Shown: positions 59,973 to 64,000 of the stretch, one piece after another
Position numbering within the stretch: the first letter of the stretch is position 1
Layout of the letters: every line of letters begins with the position of its first letter
Assembly: GCA_965262925.1 (NCBI GenBank)
Contig: CBDHGC010000004.1
Coordinates: 145,112-209,111, forward strand
DNA: 64,000 bases
From: Vicinamibacterales bacterium
GTDB lineage: Bacteria > Acidobacteriota > Vicinamibacteria > Vicinamibacterales > UBA8438
Direction of reading: 5' to 3'
The notes under the pieces: generated by a model
Database searches by the model: none
Told to the model about the DNA's origin: nothing
Seen by the model: the letters and a program-made list of their open reading frames with translations, nothing else
Translations under genes and position numbers: made by a program

Positions 59973-61418
59973 TGAGGGTGCCCCAAGCGTAGTGGAAAGT
60001 CGGTGGCGACTCCTGCCCGGCTGTGGTATCAGTCGGGTGTGTTCAAAAGGAGGAGAGGCCACCGATGAAGAAACCGTACAAGATCGTTTCGGGCGCGTCC
60101 GCGCCGAACCGCCGGGAACTGGCGGACTGGCTGGCGAAGGACGGGCAACTGCTGATCCCGCTGGTCGAACTGCTGGAGAAGGGCGAGCGAGCCATCGACG
60201 AGGTGATCGACGTGATGGGCCGGGCGACCATCGAGGCCGTCCTGCGGATGAGCGCCGAGCAGGTGGCGGGGCCGAAGGAGCAGGGACGGCGCGACGCCGA
60301 CCGGGATCTGTACTGGCACGGGGTGCAGGCGGGACGTGTGGCATTGAAGGAGCGGCAGTTGCGGGTCGACAAGCCGCGGCTGCGCAAGAAGCGGCCGCGG
60401 GCCGATGAGCCGGGCGAGGTGGAGATTCCGGCGTATACGGCGTTGCAGGCGGATCAGCCACTGGCCGACCGGATGCTGGAGCTGGTGCTGCAGGGCGTGT
60501 CGACGCGCAAGTACGAGAAGGTGCTGCCGGCGCTGGCCGACCAGGTGGGGGTGAGCAAGTCGGAGGTCTCGCGGGAGACCATCGAGGCGGGGACGCGCGT
60601 TCTGAAGGAGTTGGCCGAACGGGACCTGGGCAAGTTGGACGTGCTGGTCGTCTACCTCGACGGGATCGTGTTCGGGAACTACCACGTGGTGGCGGCGGTC
60701 GGTGTGGATGCGGATGGTCGTAAGCACGTGCTGGGGCTTTGCGGCGGGGCATCGGAGAACACGGAGGTCACCGCTGGCCTGCTCGAAGATCTGGTGACGC
60801 GGGGCCTGCGGGCTGACCGGCGGCGTCTGTTCGTCATCGACGGCGCCAAGGCGCTGCGGCAGGCCATCGGGCGGGTGTTCGGGTCGGCGAACCTGGTGCA
60901 ACGTTGTAGAAACCACAAGGTAAGGAACGTCTTGGGTCATCTGCCGAAAGAGCAGCACGAGCAGGCGCGTTCGACGCTTCGGGCGGCGTGGAAGCTGGAC
61001 GCCGACGAGGGCATCCGGAAGCTGGAGCAGTACGCCTCGTGGCTGGAGCGGGAGTGGCCGTCGGCGGCGGCGAGCCTGCGCGAAGGGCTCTCGGAGTTGT
61101 TCACGGTCAATCGCCTTGGGCTGCCGAAGCCGCTGCGCCGCTGCCTGACGACGACGAACATCATCGACTCGTCGCACGCGGGCGTTCGCCAGCACACGAA
61201 TCGGGTGAGTCGCTGGCAGAGCGAGGAGATGGCGGTGCGGTGGGCCGCGGTGACGTTCCGAGAGACGGAGAAGCACTATCGCCGCATCACGGGCTATGAG
61301 CATCTCTGGATGCTGAAGGCGCACCTCGACGAAGAGAATGGCGCCCTTGCCGAATTGCAGAAGGCGGGGTAATGTGTGTCTGTCGCTGCCGACTTTCAAC
61401 TACTGGCGGGACACCCTC
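59973..61418 (+). mobile_element. IS256-family insertion sequence, copy B, intact
   Basis: Same inverted repeats as copy A. 8-bp duplication CGGCCGAT (59965..59972 and 61419..61426). Inserted in the GC hairpin site. Confidence 0.9.
60065..61372 (+). CDS. IS256-family (mutator-type) transposase
   Basis: 435-aa intact ORF starting MKKPYKIV... Confidence 0.9.
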   Translation: MKKPYKIVSGASAPNRRELADWLAKDGQLLIPLVELLEKGERAIDEVIDVMGRATIEAVLRMSAEQVAGPKEQGRRDADRDLYWHGVQAGRVALKERQLRVDKPRLRKKRPRADEPGEVEIPAYTALQADQPLADRMLELVLQGVSTRKYEKVLPALADQVGVSKSEVSRETIEAGTRVLKELAERDLGKLDVLVVYLDGIVFGNYHVVAAVGVDADGRKHVLGLCGGASENTEVTAGLLEDLVTRGLRADRRRLFVIDGAKALRQAIGRVFGSANLVQRCRNHKVRNVLGHLPKEQHEQARSTLRAAWKLDADEGIRKLEQYASWLEREWPSAAASLREGLSELFTVNRLGLPKPLRRCLTTTNIIDSSHAGVRQHTNRVSRWQSEEMAVRWAAVTFRETEKHYRRITGYEHLWMLKAHLDEENGALAELQKAG

Positions 61419-61448
61419 CGGCCGATGCCAGGCCCGCGCCTAACCTAA

Positions 61449-61548
61449 GGACAGTGATCGATATAGATTTGCCAACTCCACCAAGGCGCAGCCTCTCTTT
61501 CGCTGCTTGGCACGCCTGGAACGCGGCAAGGTTATTCCCGTCAGTGTC
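61449..61548. mobile_element. 100-bp MITE with CTAA target duplication
   Basis: Ends GGACAGTGATCG ... CGTCAGTGTC (inverted GACA(G/C)TGA). CTAA at 61445..61448 and 61549..61552. It splits the motif CCTAACCTAACGC that is intact at 61871, 63212 and (with one change) 63540. Confidence 0.7.
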
Positions 61549-61552
61549 CTAA

Positions 61553-62184
61553 CGCAAAACAGAACATCAGGACTCCTCAGGTACCGGATAGCGCAGCGAC
61601 CTCCGGTTCAGACGTTCGCCCGGGGATTCCGCACCGAAAACCGCAGTAATCGGCTGAAAAGTCCGAGGACCGTACCCGGTCGTCAACAACGCACGGATCC
61701 GCCGGCCGGTACCAAGCGCCATTCCCGCCAAGCGCGCCAGGTCGACGCTGTCTACAGCGGGCAGTAGCCCGCACTCCATAGCCCTGCGCAACGAGGCGGC
61801 AACGACGAACGGCCGGACAACCGTCAGCCGGCCGGTTGCCGGCCCTGGGCCGGCCGATGCCAGGCCCGCGCCTAACCTAACGCAAAACAGAACATCAGGA
61901 CTCCTCAGGTACCGGATAGCGCAGCGACCTCCGGTTCAGACGTTCGCCCGGGGATTCCGCACCGAAAACCGCAGTAATCGGCTGAAAAGTCCGAGGACCG
62001 TACCTGGTCGTCAACAACGCACGGATCCGCCGGCCGGTACCAAGCGCCATTCCCGCCAAGCGCGCCAGGTCGACGCTGTCTACAGCGGGCAGTAGCCCGC
62101 ACTCCATAGCCCTGCGCAACGAGAGCGCACCGCTGACACCCTGCTCGAGACAGAACTCGACAACGTGTCAGTACGGCTCCCAAT
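61553..62184 (-). repeat. Tandem 328-bp units: 3-prime part of the RHH gene plus the GC hairpin site
   Basis: Units start at 61553 and 61881. The second runs on into a decayed, internally deleted 5-prime gene part and is cut by the 0.9-kb element at 62185. Confidence 0.85.
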
Positions 62185-63088
62185 GTCAGCGGTCGCCCGA
62201 AAGAGCGTCATTCTGGACGGGACGTCGACCACAACATGTAGGGGGTGTATGAGTGAGCATCGTCGGCAAGAGCCAGTTTGGACGAGCGTGCGCGGAGCCG
62301 GCGTCAAGGCCGTCAGCCCCGCGGAGCGGGGGCGGAGCGAAGCGACGCGCCTTGACGTCGGTGAGCACACGCGCACGCTGTTGGCTTGACGATGCCGCCG
62401 GCGACCACAACATCATCTTGCGGTCGACCCGAGTCCAGTTTCTGTCAGTATGACCAGCATCGCGTTATGACAAGTGACGGTCAGCCGAGCGTCGTTGCCC
62501 CTGGCGTGGCGGGCATCCCCGCTACCGCGAGCTTGACATAGTACGCATGGTCTCTGCGGGTTCCCAGTGTCAGGGGACCAAGGAGGAGACCATGCTTGAA
62601 ACGCTTTCCGTTCGCCCACGCATCTGCGACCAGATCCGGTCCGGGCCGTTGGGTCGTTGGGTCGACGACTTCGTCGACGTACTCATGACGCGCGGGTACG
62701 CGACGGGCACCGTGCGCGCGTGTCGCCGCATGTCGTCCGCCACACTACCGCGATGCACCTGCTCCAGGCCGGCGTCGACATGGCGACCATCGCGCTGTGG
62801 CTCGGCCACGAGCGACTCGAAACCACCCATCAATACGGCGAGGCGGACCTGCAACTCAAGGAAGACGCTCTGCGAAAACTCGAGCCGCTCGGTCAACGAA
62901 CGCAGCGGTTCAAGGCCGACTCCTCGCTGTTGGCCTTCCTGGCGAGCCTCTGATTATGACAAGCAGACGACGTGCTGGACCCCGACCGCCACCGTCTCGC
63001 CGACGGTCACTTGTCATAACGCGATGCTGGTCATACTGACAGGTATGACCAGCTGGTCATACCTGTCAGTTCCTCGCGCTCGGCAACA
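62185..63088. mobile_element. 0.9-kb non-autonomous recombinase-derived element, copy 2 (core inverted relative to copy 1)
   Basis: 6-bp duplication CCCAAT (62179..62184 and 63089..63094). 37-bp inverted repeats at 62442..62478 and 63006..63042. The 527-bp core 62479..63005 is the reverse complement of 59162..59688. Confidence 0.8.
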
Positions 63089-63221
63089 CCCAATCAGGAT
63101 CGTGGATTGGACGTGAACGAAATAGCCTGAATACAGGCGGCAACGACGAGCGGCCGGACAACCGTCAGCCGGCCGGTTGCCGGCCCTGGGCCGGCCGATG
63201 CCAGGCCCGCGCCTAACCTAA

Positions 63222-63549
63222 CGCAAAACAGAACATCAGGACTCCTCAGGTACCGGATAGCGCAGCGACCTCCGGTTCAGACGTTCGCCCGGGGATTCCG
63301 CACCGAAAACCGCAGTAATCGGCTGAAAAGTCCGAGGACCGTACCCGGTCGTCAACAACGCACGGATCCGCCGGCCGGTACCAAGCGCCATTCCCGCCAA
63401 GCGCGCCAGGTCGACGCTGTCTACAGCGGGCAGTAGCCCGCACTCCATAGCCCTGCGCAACGAGGCGGCAACGACGAACGGCCGGACAACCGTCAGCCGG
63501 CCGGTTGCCGGCCCTGGGCCGGCCGGTTCCAGGCCCGCGCCTAACCTAG
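63222..63549 (-). repeat. 328-bp unit (RHH gene 3-prime part plus hairpin site) directly downstream of the full-length gene
   Basis: Same unit as 61553..61880. The next unit start, at 63550, belongs to the intact gene. Confidence 0.85.
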
Positions 63550-63563
63550 CGCAAAACAGAACA

Positions 63564-63920
63564 TCAGGACTCCTCAGGTTCCGGATAGCGCAGCGACCTC
63601 CGGTTCAGACGTTGGCCCGGGGATTCCGCACCGCAAACCGCAGTAATCGGCTGAAGGGTCCGAGGACCGTACCGAGTCGTCTGCAAGGTACGGATGGGCC
63701 GCCCAGTACGAAGCGACATTCCCGCCGAGCGCGCCAGGTCAAGGCTGTCTACAGCGGGCGGTAGCCCGTACTCGATAGCCCTGCGCAACAAGAGCGCACG
63801 GCTGACACCGTGCTCGAGACAGAGCCGGTTGAGCTCGTTGAGCTCGGACGCCGCCAATCGCAACTTGACAACGTGTCGGTACGGCTCCCAATCAGGATCG
63901 TGGATTGGACGTGAACCCAT
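63564..63920 (-). CDS. Small ribbon-helix-helix protein (MobC/CopG-like), the only full-length copy
   Basis: 118 aa. VVKLRLAASELNELNRLCLEHGVSRALLLRRAIEYG is an RHH core. Four truncated or decayed copies lie at 58679, 61567, 61895 and 63236. Confidence 0.6.
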   Translation of the reverse strand: MGSRPIHDPDWEPYRHVVKLRLAASELNELNRLCLEHGVSRALLLRRAIEYGLPPAVDSLDLARSAGMSLRTGRPIRTLQTTRYGPRTLQPITAVCGAESPGQRLNRRSLRYPEPEES

Positions 63921-64000
63921 TTTCTACGTGAAGTCTACTAGGGCCTGTTATTAATAGGGTCATTGGTTGCCTGACAGCATACAGGTAATTTCCGGTTTGA

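Noticed and set aside
61810-61880. Integron attC site (GCCTAAC fits the RYYYAAC inverse core; the hairpin has an extrahelical base)
   Set aside because: No paired GTTRRRY core is found at the other end on either strand, and no intI gene is present. The cassette-row intergenic regions (1510-2020, 3532-3711) also lack RYYYAAC/GTTRRRY pairs.

Overview
Visibly GC-rich 64-kb window with no rRNA, tRNA or cas genes. It is accessory DNA built mostly from mobile elements, many nested or decayed. All family names come from motif recognition by eye, not from a database search.

**Layout**
- **0-7 kb:** toxin/Abi-like cassettes: a fused MNT-HEPN protein and two AbiEii-like nucleotidyltransferase modules with a private partner family. 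Between them sit short, degenerate, type I-E-like CRISPR repeat units with a 55-64 nt period.
- **7-31 kb:** an insertion-sequence graveyard. It holds IS256 x1 (a second copy lies at 60 kb), IS21 IstB fragments, two IS4/IS5-type copies, three ISKra4-type transposase genes (one more ISKra4-like copy lies at 47-49 kb) and two IS4-family elements. It also holds remnants of tyrosine-recombinase (RIT-like, recombinase-in-trio) elements, a large serine recombinase, two truncated group II introns and an hsdR fragment. One IS4/IS5-type transposase gene is split exactly in frame by a 1.7-kb ORF-less group II intron-like insert with two canonical domain V hairpins.
- **31.9-34.4 kb:** a TonB-dependent receptor flanked by 29-bp direct repeats.
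- **35-38.3 kb:** an HK97-type head-module remnant with non-canonical gene order.
- **38.3-43.2 kb:** two IS1182-type copies around a vWA lipoprotein gene.
- **43.3-57.9 kb:** a plasmid/ICE-like block of mostly unknown genes. It includes an IS-split type IA topoisomerase, tandem ParB-like paralogs and Cys-rich proteins.
- **58.6-64 kb:** amplified fragments of a small RHH gene plus a GC hairpin site that has collected an IS256, a MITE and two copies of a 0.9-kb non-autonomous recombinase-derived element. The 527-bp core of that element is inverted between the two copies.

About ten single-nucleotide frameshifts interrupt otherwise good genes.
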